Assembly: GCF_006345805.1 (NCBI RefSeq)
Contig: NC_043000.1
Span: 77,810,001 to 77,874,000, forward strand
Length of the DNA stretch: 64,000 nucleotides
Source: Octopus sinensis
Lineage: Eukaryota
Reading direction: 5' to 3'
The translations under genes were made by a program, and so were the position numbers. The notes below the pieces were generated by a model. The model had not been told where the DNA came from, did not search any database, and was given only the letters and a program-made list of their open reading frames with translations. This document shows, one piece after another, positions 1 through 13,959 of the stretch (position 1 is its first letter; every line of letters starts with the position of its first letter).

Positions 1-149
1 TGCATATACAACACACAAATTTCTACTCATGAACCCGGAGTTTCTACCCTTGACAGGTCGCTTCAACCGTGTTTTCTGGTGTGAATTTGCTACCCAGATT
101 TTGGTTAAACAAATTTTCTATGCTGACAATAAACATAGGATAATTCATT

Positions 150-1500
<1,351 letters not shown>

Positions 1501-1670
1501 TATTAAAAGACACAAATATTAAATGTTGTACCTCCTTCTCCTTCTCATCCCTCTCCCTCCTCCCCGTACCTTTCTCTCCTTTTCTCGCCGCTTCCCTTTT
1601 CTTCTTCTTCTTTTTCTTTTCTTTTCTTCTTCTTCTTCTTCTTCTTCTTCTTCTTCTCTCTCTCTCCTTC

Positions 1671-1796
1671 TCTCTCTTTCTCTCACCGTGAGGCACGCAC
1701 CCACATGCATCCACAGACAGACATACACAATCGAATAAATTCCAACACAAACCAAATTTTGCAGCCAACTCTCTCACACATCCACACACAAATATA

Positions 1797-1837
<41 letters not shown>

Positions 1838-1955
1838 TTCTCTCACCGTGAGGCACGCACCCACATGCATCCACAGACAGACATACACAATCGAATAAAT
1901 TCCAACACAAACCAAATTTTGCAGCCAACTCTCTCACACATCCACACACAAATAT

Positions 1956-1990
<35 letters not shown>
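1671..1990. repeat. 160-bp tandem duplication (2 copies) bounded by (CT)n
   Basis: tctcaccgtgaggcacgcaccc...aatatactt at 1681 and 1841. Confidence 0.9.
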
Positions 1991-2007
<17 letters not shown>

Positions 2008-3713
2008 CTCGTCTCTCTGTCTCTCTCTCACACACACACATACACCAACTTTTTCAACTCCAGTTACTGGATGTAACAGAAGCAGTTTCTGCCGTAAATT
2101 TACACAGCACCGCCCTTTAGCGGCAGTTGTTGACACATTCGTAGTTCCCTGGATTTGGTAGTTTCCATAACTGAACGGAAGTTAATGATCAAAGAGTGAG
2201 AGAGAGAGAGAGAGGGGGTGGGGAGAAAGGGAGAAAGGGTGGAGTGAAAGAGAGAGAGGAGGGAGAAAGTGAGTGAGAGATACAAATATTTTCTGTCTAC
2301 AAAAACAACAACAACAATAGCAGCAACAATAGCAATAACAACAGCAACAGCACTAATAACCACAGCTGCGAAAACGACAAATTTAGATCAACAAATTAAT
2401 ATCCTCAACAATAAATATCAATAACAACGACAACTGTAACATTGGCAGCAATGATGATACCGACCATTTTAGGTTTGGGGTCATAACAACGGATTCGTCT
2501 GTTTGAACTCTTTTCCTCTGTGATAGCCTTTGTTTGAGTCGTTTGCTTTTATTCTGCAGAATATCCTCTCCGTGCTTCTCTACCATTGCCCTCACTCTGG
2601 TTCGGTCCCTGTGGTATAGCACATTGGTGATTCGTATTTTTTGCCTCCCATATTCTCAGATATTGTGAAATCATGCTAAACTCTTGGGACAAGCAAACGG
2701 TAGTAGTCACAGACTTACTTTCTATCGCGTTGTTTCAAACAGCTACAACTGCCCCGTGCTGTTTACTACTTATGTATTCTACAATGGACCACACAACCTG
2801 CAAACATTTTTCTATTTGTGCTCGACTAGCACTCTGTAGTTTTTACTCTTGTCTGTTTATGCATTTCTAAATATTGTTAGACTTGGTGATGGTCATCTTT
2901 TGTCAATTAAACACTGGCACTATTCATTTTATTTTCCCGTTAGTTTTTCCCGTTATCACTATTTTGTTTTTGCTTATTTGTTCTGTGACCTCTTCAACGA
3001 CTCTCTCTCCCACGTGTCGCCCCTTGCCTTGTCAATTCTCTTTTGTCGTATATATAAATAGTAATTTCCCCCTTTCCTTCCTTTTTCCTGTGTGCTTTCT
3101 ATCTCAGACAGAGGAAGTTTCACCAGTCTCGGACGTGTAAATATTGCACGTATATATCTTTATATATTCGTCGATGCGAAATGCTTAATTCACTCATTGC
3201 TGGTTAGAGCAGTAAAGTCATTTTTTGTTCTGGTCTGCTGCTGCTGCTGTTTTTGTTATTGTTGTTGATACTGTTGTGGTTGTTGTTACCGTTATTAATT
3301 CCCCTCCACCCACCTCAGAATAAGAAGCAAATCACATTGACGTTTATTCATCTCCCACGTCTTGTTACTGTTACTGCAACAGTATTCCTATAATAAGACG
3401 GTCGCTTGACGAATGTGTCGCTCCTTCACTCTTCACTTTTCACTCTCTATACGTTACATATCTGAGTGGTAAATATTTCATCACAAGCGTCCGTAGTCAA
3501 TGTTGTATAACAAAATCTAACATCCCACAATTGACAATTCTCTCCCCTCTCCTGCAAGAGAAGATATAAAATGGAAAATTGACCAAAAGAGAGCGGATTT
3601 GTTTCTCTAAGCAGCAGCAGAAAAAACAATTTAATCAAACACATCCTTATTTGAAAATACTCGGGAATTCACGGAGATTGAACGTGTCTTCTCCGTAAGG
3701 GTTGTTAATAATA

Positions 3714-3960
3714 ATGCAGTACCAGGCAGTGGATCTCATGGCTTTTGTTCTTAATTTATTGGAAGTGTTATCTTAGTACATATTTTGCCATGGTATAAAA
3801 GATGGGCCGCAGCAAATATTCTGTTTAATACCAAAGATTTGCTTGTCAGATTTGCTTACCCAGTTGCGCATGTCCCTTAGTGGCTGAGCTGAGGATATGT
3901 ACATTTCTGACCACAAGCAGAAGTAGTGGGGTAGCATCATAGCCATGTGTTAAGAGAAAT
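3714..3960 (+). mobile_element. Diverged partial copy of the ~555-bp non-coding repeat at 4128-4683
   Basis: atgcagtaccaggca...gtggctga...catcatagccatgtgtt aligns with 4137-4380. Confidence 0.8.
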
Positions 3961-3974
3961 CCTCGCGTCAGATG

Positions 3975-4084
3975 TCGAAGTGATCGCAGAGCAAAGTAAG
4001 ATTAATTGTTTTGCTCAAGAACACAACGCACCACCCAGGCTAGGAATTGAAACCTCGATTTCGCGATCGTGAGTGCTACTCCCT
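3975..4084 (-). mobile_element. tRNA-derived SINE head fragment
   Basis: Minus strand ...cacgatcgcgaaatcgaGGTTTCAATTCCtagcc...gttcttgagcaaaac (B-box-like plus SINE body). Confidence 0.6.
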
Positions 4085-4127
4085 ATAATAATAATAATAA
4101 TAATAATAACAATAATAATAATAATAA

Positions 4128-4683
4128 ATGCCCTGATGCAGTACCAGGCAATGGCTCTCGTGGCTTCTGATCTTAACTGATTGGAAGTGTTATCATGTAC
4201 ATTGTTTTGTCTTGGTATAAAAGATGGGCTACAGCAAATATTCTGCTCAATACCACAGATTTGCTTGTCAGTTGTTTGACCTTAACCAGTTGAGCATGTC
4301 CCTTAGTGGCTGACGATATGTGCATCTCTGATCACGAGCAGAAGTAGTGGGGGAGCATCATAGCCATGTGTTGAGAGGGATTCTTTGGGGTTTGGATAAT
4401 TCACCTCTGGAAACATGGGTGTTTCGTTCAACGTCCTTAAACAACCCTTATTCAGGGACCTTTTGAGTGGGATGGGTTACTCGATCTGAAGAAAATTCTA
4501 ACTGGGCTCCACCTGCAAGGTCATGTGCTGTTTATCTTGATATGAGATCACCATGTCGCGCACATATGGTTGTGATGCATGTGCCTGGTGTACCCTTATC
4601 AGACGGGTAGTCATGATGGGTATACTGGGCTTCGTATATTTTACCCCAGTGTCACTTTGATGGCATGCCCTGCTCGCTCACTC
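4128..4683 (+). mobile_element. ~555-bp non-coding interspersed element inserted in (TAA)n
   Basis: Flanked on both sides by (AAT)n; second partial copy at 3714; no coding signal; orientation inferred from the AAT tail. Confidence 0.65.
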
Positions 4684-4729
4684 AATAATAATAATAATAA
4701 TTAAAAAAAAAATAATAATAATAATAATA

Positions 4730-6098
4730 ATGAAAAAAGAAATAGATTCCTTAATACAGGCTGTAAGACTCTTCAGCAGAGATATAAGCATGCAATTTGA
4801 CATAGATAAGTGTGCAATATTAGTCATGACAAGGGGACAAGTAGTCAACAGCAAATGCATCCAATTACCAGATGGCCAGACATTAAAATCATTGAAAAGA
4901 GGAGAGGGTTTAAATATCTAGGAGTATTAGAATCTGACAACACTAACTACAGAAATGAAAACGAAAATTGAGGAGTACCTCAGAAGAGTGAGGAAGCTAA
5001 GGAAGTCAAAGCTAAATGACATTTTGAGTGGGATTGGCGGCTCAACCTCTAAATACTTGCACAGTATCATTACTTAAATGCTTAGCAGCTTTTGTAAATG
5101 GACAAAAACTGAATTAGCAAAAGTAGACAGAAGAACTAGGCAGTTTTTCACCCAAGGGCAGGAGTAACAAGATTATGCTTACCTTGAAAGGAAGGCAGAA
5201 GAGAGTTAATACCAGTAGAAGATTGCGAGGAGTTAGCTAGAGTAGATTAATGAAGAAAGTTTATAAAAAAAAGCTGCTAGAGTCACAGCTAGACAAAGGG
5301 AAAGCAAAAACCCAAACGAAGTTAAACATCCGGAAAATGGACAAAAGTTATCTGACTGGCAGGAGAAGGCGTTGCATGGTAGATTCCCAAATATAGTTGC
5401 AGCAAATAGTAGTAGTGAGACATGGCTATGGTTGCAAAAAGGAAAGCTGAAGAGGGAGTCAGAAAGTTTGTTAGTAGCTTCACAAGATCAAGAATTAAGG
5501 ACTAATTGAATAAAAGCCAAAATAGACAAAAACAAAGTAGATTCACAATGTAGATTATGCAAATCTAAAGAGGAATGCGTTACTCATATAGTAAGTGAAT
5601 GTGGTATGCTGGCACAGAAAGACTACAAGAAAAAATATAACAACAGAGAGAAAGAAATCCACAGGGAGCTATGTAGAAAGCTAGGATTTGAACATACTGA
5701 TAAATGGTATGAACATAAATCTAGTAAAGTACTAGAAAGTAAGAAATACAAGATGTTGTGGGACTTTAAACATTCAGACTGATAGGGAAATAGAAGCTAG
5801 AAGGCCTGATTTGGTAGTAATAGATATAGAGAATAGAAAGTACCACATAATTGACTTTACAGTCTCAAACGATGAAACAATCAATATGAGAGGTATAGAA
5901 AAATTAGAAAAGTACCAGGATCTAGCCACTGAATTACAGAGACTATGGAAAGTGCGGGTAAAATGTATCCCAGTAGTTATAAGTGCAATAGGAACTATCC
6001 CTAAAGATCTTAACAGGGAAGAGTTTGCACACTCCCAACAATTGAAAAGAACACACGATGCTGCACACACCCCAGAAACACGGAAGTGCAGCAGGTAA
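4730..6098 (+). mobile_element. R4/Dong-type non-LTR retrotransposon fragment (RT C-terminus, CCHC knuckle, RLE endonuclease), pseudogenised
   Basis: FSRDISMQFDIDKC; CRLCKSKEECVTHIVSEC; RRPDLVVID...IIDFTV...EKLEKYQDL...IPVVISAIG; stops and frameshifts. Confidence 0.9.
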
Positions 6099-6134
6099 TA
6101 ACAGCAACAACAAAAACAACAACAATAATAATAA

Positions 6135-6348
6135 TTCTTTCTACTAAAATAACAAGACCTGAAATTTCGAAGGAGGGGATTAATCGATTACATCCATTCC
6201 AGTGTTTCCCTGGCACTTAATTTATCGACACTGAAAGGATGAAAGGCAAAGTCGACTTCGGCGGAATTTGAACTCGGAACCTAGTGTTGGGTGAAATACC
6301 GCTAAGCATTTCGTCCAGCGTGCTAACGATTCTGCCAGCTCACCGCCT
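6135..6348 (-). mobile_element. tRNA-derived SINE
   Basis: Minus strand ggcggtgagcTGGCAGAATCGTTAG...GAGTTCAAATTCC...gcctttcatcctttcagtgtcgataaattaagt; same family at 9266 and 63905. Confidence 0.85.
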
Positions 6349-6350
6349 TT

Positions 6351-6395
<45 letters not shown>

Positions 6396-6426
6396 GTGAT
6401 GATGATAATAATAATAATGATGATGA

Positions 6427-6466
<40 letters not shown>

Positions 6467-6504
6467 TAATAATAATAATAATAATGATAATAATAATAAT
6501 AATC

Positions 6505-6534
<30 letters not shown>

Positions 6535-6536
<2 letters not shown>

Positions 6537-6877
6537 CAACGTGTCTCTAAAAGAAATGGAGAAACTCTCAAAATACAAAGACCTGGAAATAGAGGTAACT
6601 AGAATGTGGAATCTGAAAACAGAAACAATTCCTATCATAGTAGGTGCATTACGCATGATAAAAAAATATTCAGACAAATACATAACAAAAACACCAGGAC
6701 TTACAAACACATATAACATACAGAAAATTGCACTACTAGGCACTGCGCACATCCTACGCAGAACACTTTCCATACAATAACCATCAGAGCATCACAACAA
6801 ATCACAGCACATACCCAAGGCACACAGAGCTGCGCTCGGTAGTGAAGTGAAAGCACGCTATAAAAATAAAACTACTG
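6535..6877 (+). mobile_element. 5'-truncated R4/Dong-type LINE 3' end (RLE tail + 3' UTR)
   Basis: EKLSKYKDLEIEVTRMW...IPIIVGAL...QKIALLGTAHILRRTL*; near-identical to 43748-44090; (TAA)n on both sides. Confidence 0.92.
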
Positions 6878-6910
6878 AATAATAATAATGATAATAATAA
6901 TAATAATAAT

Positions 6911-7026
<116 letters not shown>

Positions 7027-9240
7027 GGTAGAAGATATAAGATCTGCTCTCAGGAGGTCAAGCAAAAAGTCTCCAGGAAAGGATAAAATTCCTAACCTCT
7101 GGTTGAATGCCTTCCCAGAGAGCCATGAACTGCTAACAAGACTTTACAACAATGTTTTGGAACAACCTTGTATGATTCCCTCTTCGCTAGTTAATGGTGT
7201 AACATTCCTACTTCCAAAAAATGAAGAAACAAATGAACCAAAAAATTATAGACCCATAACCTGCTTAACAACAATGTATTAAATGCTAACATCTGTCTTG
7301 ACTGAATATACCTATATTTTTTTTTAACAGAAAGTGGCATATTTCCTGATAAGCAAAAAGGATGTAAACGTGGGTCCTATGGTTGTAAATATCAGCTGCT
7401 CATTAATAAGATGATCTTGGAAGATTGTCACAAACGACACAAAAACTTGTCGATAGCCTGGGTAGACTTTAAAATCCTTTTGATAGTGTATCACATATCT
7501 GGATTAAGAAATGTCTAGAAATGTATAAAATAGCACCTACTTTGAACAGTGACAATAAATCTCTCAATACAGGAGATGTAAGAATTTCAAGTGACATTTT
7601 CGAGGGTGACTCTCTATCACCACTTCTCTATTGTCTAACTTTAATAACCTCTCTCGAAATTGCTCGTTGATGTACAATATGGCTATAAAATGTTTGATAA
7701 AGATATAAATCATCTCTTTCACATGGATGAGTCAAAGCTCTTTGCAAAAAATGACCAACAGCTACAAGGCTCACTGGCAATTGTTAAACAATTCATTTAT
7801 GACATCAGGATGCAATTTGGTCTTGATAAATGTGCATAAGCTACCTTTATCAAAGGAAAAATGACAGAAACAGCCAACGTTAATCTTGACCAGCAGAATG
7901 TCATAAAGGAGTTAGAACCCAGCGGATAGCTACAAATACAAAGGTAATGGAATCGAACATTCAATGATGAGGGAAAGAATCAGAAGAAAATGATATTGCA
8001 GAGTAGGGCAATAGTGAGGACAGAGCTGATTTAATAAAAAAAGGATCGAAGCGATCAATAATTGAGCCATACCGGTCGTGACTTACAGTTTCAATATCAT
8101 TAACTGGTTAATTGCTGAAATATTTTTCTCAAAACAGGAAAACAAGAAAGCATCATACTCAGTAACAAAACAGGCAAAGGAATATCTAAGTGCATTCCGA
8201 ATGCAACAAATTTCGGAATTAGACATACATGAAACAAGCACAGATAAAGCTAAGCGCATGAAAACCAGTGCTAAAACTGCTGCCTTAGATATTCTGAATG
8301 ATAAATGGCAAGAAAAACCTCTCAAAGAGAGCGAATAATGTAGATGTTGACAAAGCCCTGACCCATCAATGGCTAATGGCATCTGGCTTAAAATCTTGAA
8401 CAGAAGGGTTTATCATAGCAGCTCAAGATCAATGCCTACCTACAAGAAACTACCAGGCCAACATATTAAAGAACGGTAGTAGCCCAACATGTCGTGAATG
8501 TCAACAACAAAATGAAACCATGTTGTCTCCAGGTGCAGTCTTCTTGTGCCTACAGAGTATCTCAACAGGCATGATACAGCTGCACAATATATTCACTGGG
8601 TAATTTGCAAAAGCCTGGACTTGCCCCAGGATAAAAACTGGTGGGAACACAAAACATCTCCAGTGCTTGAAAATGACCACATCTCACTCCTCTGGAACTT
8701 CACCATTCAAACTGACAGAAAGATAGATGCGAATAGGCCAGACATCATATTGAAAGACTTCAGACAAAAAACATGCCTCCTCATTGATATGACTTTCCCA
8801 AACGATAAAAACGTATCTGTCAAGACCTACCAGAAACTGAGCAAATATAAAGATCTGGAAATAGAAATAAGCAAAATGTGGAACCTGAAGACTAAAACAA
8901 TACATGTTGTCATATGTGCCCTGGGAATGATAGCAAAAGGAGCTGATTGCTACCTACCTCAGATACCAGGAAACCCATAAATGGCAGAAATTCAAAACAT
9001 AGTGCTCATGGGAACTGCTCATATCCTACGCAAAATAATTTCTATGTAATCTCAAGTTTTAAAACAAACATAATTTTCGTATGTTTTTTTAGACATTCAC
9101 TAGTACAACACTAATTACAAAACCAAATATATGGCACCCTAGGCATAACACCAACACGAACTTCCAACTTGTCTCCTGAGGTCTCTGGGTGAGACTTGGA
9201 GCCAGCTTGTGCAAATGTAAAGCAAAAGTCAAACATAGAA
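7027..9240 (+). mobile_element. R4/Dong-type LINE fragment (RT through RLE and 3' UTR), pseudogenised
   Basis: KSPGKDKIPN; NYRPITCL; GDSLSPLL; AAQDQCL; YLNRHD; NRPDII; KYKDLEIEI; ends in an AAT tail. Confidence 0.92.
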
Positions 9241-9265
9241 TAATGATGATAATAATAATAATAAT

Positions 9266-9459
9266 CCTTTCTACTATAGGCACTAGGAGCCTGAAATTTA
9301 CACTGACCCCAGTACTCAACTGGTACTTGATTTATCAACACCAAAACGGTGAAAGGCAAATTCGACCTTGGCGGAATTTGAACTCAGAATATAAGGGCGA
9401 AGGAAATATCGCTAAGCATTTTGTCCGGCATGCTAATGATTCTGCCAGTTCGCCGCTTT
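9266..9459 (-). mobile_element. tRNA-derived SINE (same family as 6135-6348)
   Basis: Minus strand ggcggcgaacTGGCAGAATCATTAG...GAGTTCAAATTCC. Confidence 0.8.
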
Positions 9460-9571
9460 AACTACAACAACAACACGACTGATGAGGAGACCACGAAGAA
9501 AGAGGTTATTAAATGTAGTGTGATCCACTTACCATGTTCCAGTTGTTAACTAGTTTATATTTTATAACCTA

Positions 9572-10084
9572 CTAGCAGTATCGCCCGGCGTTGCTCGGGT
9601 TTGTAAGGGAAATGACTATATAAGCATTTTTAGAGAGTTATTTCCCTTATAGATGCCAATTCGGGCTTTCTTAGCCATTTCTGTTTTGGTGTCTTCAAGC
9701 CATGAAGTCGTTGTTCTAAAAGAACGCTGGTCTCCTTGACAACGCTTTACGACGTTGATTTCCTTACACTCCCTTCCCCACAGCTTCACGAAGGAGGGAA
9801 GAAGGGGGAGAAGCAAACAGGTGCAGGTGTGACCATGGACACCAACTCCGCCGCCATCGACACACGAAAAATTATGCATTAAAATGGAATAAAAAATGAT
9901 GTTAAGTTATTTTTAAAATCGTAGACTCATCGTAGACGCGCGCTAATACTCAGACGGGCTCGATATGAATCACAACTATAAGATACCCGAATTTGGTTAA
10001 ACTGCACCGCAAAATGTGGGAGTAGTTAGGAATCTAAATCGAAGGTTACAGACACTCACACAACTACAGTTTTATATATATAGA
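9572..10084 (-). mobile_element. Non-autonomous Helitron (513 bp)
   Basis: Minus strand A|TCTATATATATAAAA at the 5' end; 3' hairpin CCCGAGCAACGCCGGG, 8 nt, then CTAG|T; no TSD. Confidence 0.8.
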
Positions 10085-10169
10085 TGAATCATGGCAATTA
10101 AAGCCTACATCGTCTGTACGAATGTACAACATAAAGGGGGTATAACGAAAACCCACAAGCCTTTTAATT

Positions 10170-10180
10170 GTATTTATATA

Positions 10181-10231
<51 letters not shown>

Positions 10232-10330
10232 TATCTATCTATCTATATGTCTGTCTGTCTGTCTCTCTGCCTGTCTGTCTGTCTGTCTGTCTGCCTGTCT
10301 GCCTGTCTGTCTGTCTGTCTGTCTATCTAC

Positions 10331-10376
<46 letters not shown>

Positions 10377-10491
10377 GTCTGCCTGCCTGTCTGTCTATCT
10401 CTCTATCTATCTATCTATCTATCTATCTAACTATCTATCTATCTATCTATCTATCTGTATGTCTGTCTGCCTGCCTGCCTGCCTGACTGTA

Positions 10492-10536
<45 letters not shown>

Positions 10537-10591
10537 GTATGTCTGTCTGCCTGCCTGCCTGTCTATCTATCTATATATCTATATATCTATT

Positions 10592-10622
<31 letters not shown>

Positions 10623-10643
10623 ATTATGTATGTATGTATGTGT

Positions 10644-10676
<33 letters not shown>
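10170..10676. repeat. (TCTA)n/(TCTG)n/(TG)n microsatellite
   Basis: Direct reading. Confidence 0.95.
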
Positions 10677-10679
<3 letters not shown>

Positions 10680-10744
10680 AGTAAAATTAGGCAACAAAGC
10701 CAAGGGTGTGTGGAATTTTCAGGATATTTATAAAGAGAAACTTA

Positions 10745-10792
10745 GTCTTACAGCTGTTTCTGGAATTTTATGGATATTCCTTCATCAGAGAC
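10745..10792 (-). ncRNA. Minimal type-I hammerhead ribozyme (intact core, GUA site)
   Basis: GTCT-CTGATGA-A GGAAT atccataaa ATTCC A-GAA-ACAGCTGT-A-AGAC; palindromic stem III. Confidence 0.8.
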
Positions 10793-10911
10793 GATGTGAG
10801 ATGGTTAAATAGAGGGAAATATTAGAGTTCAATATGAGGAGTTACTCTGGAAAAGGGAGCAAATAAGGAGTGTATAGGGAAATAGGAGAAGGAATGTAAA
10901 AAATATATATA

Positions 10912-12173
10912 CGAGGGACGTTCAATAAGTAATGCCTCTGACCCACTTGCAATTGTTTGATCTAGCTGAGATTTTGTCTGTGCAATTATTTATATCTCTA
11001 TAGATTAAGTGACAAATTACAGCTCTGAAATAATTGTGGTTTCTGATTTACAGGTGTTTGAACTGAGTCAAGTGTGAAATGGAGCCTGTTGAGTGTCGAG
11101 CAGTGATCCGGTTTTTGTATTTGAAAGGACGCACACCATGGGAGACATTTGATGAAATGAAAGTAACTTATGGTGATGATGCCCCATCATATAACCTTGT
11201 AAAACCCTGGCATCGTGAATTCAAACATGGTCGGAACTCTGTGGAAACAGCTCCCAGATCTGGTCGCCCCTTCTGCCATTGATGAGGCATCTGTCCGTCA
11301 AGTTGAGGCTGCCATTTTGGAAGATCGACGCATAACAATTCGCCAAATAGCCCATCAGGTCAAGATTAGTACCGGGTCTGTGGAAACTATCATTCATGAC
11401 CATTTGCATATGCAAAAGGTGTCTGCCAGATGGATTCCCAGGTTACTCACACCTTTCCAGAAGCAAGAACGCGTCAAGTGCTCGAGGATGAATTTGGAGA
11501 TGTGCCAAGAAGATGAGTCAAAATTTTTCAAAAGACTGATTACACAGGATGAAACCTGGGTCCATCACTATGATCCAGAGACCAAAGCCCAGTCAATGCA
11601 GTGGAAGCACCGTGACTCACCTCCTCCAAAGAAGGCAAGGGTGCAGCCCTTCGCTGACAAGGAGATGCTCGCAGTCTTCTGGGACCAGGACGGAGTAGTG
11701 ATGACAGATTTCCCGGCAAAGGGTACCACAATTACAGGAGCCTATTATGCTTCGCTTTTGAGGAAATTAAGAGAAGCTATCAAAATCAAGAGGCGGGGCA
11801 AGATCAGAAAAGGCATCCTCCTCCTGCAGGACAACGCTCCGGTCCACAACTCGCGTGTCGCCAGATCAGAAGCACAGGCGAGCGGCTATGAACTCCTCCC
11901 CATCCCTCCTGACCTTGAACCCTCTGATTTTCACCTCTTCCCTGCCATGAAGTTGTTTCTGAAGGGAAAGCGTTTCACAGATGATGCAGCCGTGGTTGGA
12001 GGACCAAGCTGGGGTCTTCTACAAAAACGGTCTCCAGAGCTGCATCAAACAATGGGAGAAATGCGTAACTCTGGGTGATTCCTATGTAGAAAAATACTAA
12101 TAACTGTGCTAAGTTTCGTTGCTCTACTGCAATGGGAAGTGGGTCAGAGGCATTACTTATTGAACGCCCCTCG
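10912..12173 (+). mobile_element. Full-length mariner (irritans-like, DD34D class), 1262 bp; transposase 11079-~12078 frameshifted
   Basis: 37-bp TIRs (10912-10948 and 12137-12173, 1 mismatch); TA TSDs; PRSGRP, WIPRLL, QDETW, QDNAPVH, PDLEPSDFHLF (YS deleted). Confidence 0.96.
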
Positions 12174-12175
12174 TA

Positions 12176-12560
12176 TGTAGGATGTTATAGATGCAGTTCC
12201 GTTATCCAAGGGAAGTGGTGTGTAGAGGTGGTAGAAATGCTTCCTATCCGTGGTATGTTAAATTCCAATAGGAGTTTATATTTTGTTATCACAAATGGAA
12301 AGTCTGGAGACGTAGCTTCCATGTGCTTTTCATTCTTGTGGTGTGAATGAAAATTTAAGAATGTAGTGCATATACTGAACTTCTTGAATGGTATGCATAA
12401 TTTGGGAGAGCCTTTGATGGCATATAGTTATAATCGCTTGAGTAAGCGTCTCGTTTCTGGTTTTGAAAATAAACTAGCTTTTATACATTGGTACTGAATT
12501 GGTTGCGTATCCAAATTTTTCAATGGAAATTTCAAGTTAAAGTCCGGGTGGAATAACTAG
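12176..12560 (-). pseudogene. Highly degenerate PLE-like RT fragment, continuing 10680-10910 across the mariner
   Basis: Minus-strand LKFSFT...LSICDNKI*TPI..*HTTDRKHF resembles PLE RT LKFT..FLD..I...T..Y.K.TDR; many stops. Confidence 0.35.
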
Positions 12561-12626
12561 TCTTTCGCGTACGTACGTGTGTATGTGTGTATACGTAAGT
12601 GTGTGTCTGTGTGTGTGTGTTTGCGC

Positions 12627-12657
<31 letters not shown>

Positions 12658-13959
12658 TATGCGTGCGTGCTTATGTGATACAGTTTTCAAAAAATTGTCC
12701 AATTAGCGATCAATAGCTGATTTAAGCAGTGGGTCCACCACTACGAGCCGAGACAATAACAAATAGACCAAGCATCAGAAACAAAAATTCTCCGTTGCCC
12801 AAATAATTCAAAGCACGATTAGGAGCACTATCTTCTATGATTTTAAAGTATGGTGTAGAATAATTACATGACGTACACGACAACAATCACAAATGCCTGT
12901 TATACAGATTTACTATCGTGGTTGTGAAAAATTTATCAAGGGAAGGACATCAATGCAATATTGAGTAGCACTGCCCTACGACAATGCTACATCTCACACA
13001 TCTCGAGATCAGAGATTACTATTACTCTTCATATATGAAGTTGTCGTGATCTATCATATCCAACCCACTCAACAGACTTTATTCTGAATGATTTTTACTT
13101 CTCTCCAAATTCGAAGGAGCGTTTCAAGAAAGACAGTTTTTTTGCGAGAAGAACTGCAGCTAGCTACAAAACAGTGGTTGGTGTAACTCTTTTACTGCGG
13201 AACGCAAATATATCCACTAAATATTTCATTACCTTTAACTTTTGCTGAAGAGTGTCAGGTTTGAAACTATTTTTTTGTAGAGATATGTCGAGTTTATTGA
13301 GGCAACGTGACTTTCAGAAAATTTTGTGCTAGATATTTAACATTATTGCAAGAATAACCGCGCAGGATAGTTTTATTTAAATGGCAATGAGCATATGCGA
13401 AAACGAAAGGAGAATTGTAACGAAGATAACAGTGAGAGAATTAAAAAAGATTGTTTGGCACAAAATAAAAAAAAACATTTATTTCTCACTGTTATGTTAT
13501 TAATTATGTTGAGTTGGAAACTTCTGCGACAAACCTGGTGTGTGTAAAAGGGTTGTGCGCGCGTGTGTGCGTGTAGCGTGTGTGTGTGTGCGCGGGAGAG
13601 AGTATGTATATAGATAGGAGTATGTGTTTTGTGTATGTGTGTATGCATGTGTATGTGTGTATGCAAACTATATAGGGTTTGCCTCCTAATTTTGGACTTA
13701 CAATCTATTCAGTAAGAAAGCATTTTTTCCACTTTAAAAGTTATTTGAAAAGCATCTTGTACAAAATGAACAATTCTTCATTTATGACTATATATAAAGT
13801 TGTAGACACTTATCTTGATCGATCTCTATCTCGCTGTAGCTAATGAAAATACCCCAATTTTTTTTTCACAGAGGCGGAGGCCCCAAGAGTATTTGCGATG
13901 TCTTCAAGAAATTACTTAAGCGCCAACTTAAACGCCACCTCAAGGAAAATACTCTAACG

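Noticed and set aside
9476-9510. CTGATGA motif; likewise CTGAAGA at ~13246 and ~27128 and CTGATGA at ~16585
   Set aside because: No correctly placed GAAA or no pairing stems.
12700-13350. Possible additional mariner C-terminal relic
   Set aside because: Similarity too faint, and no TIRs found.
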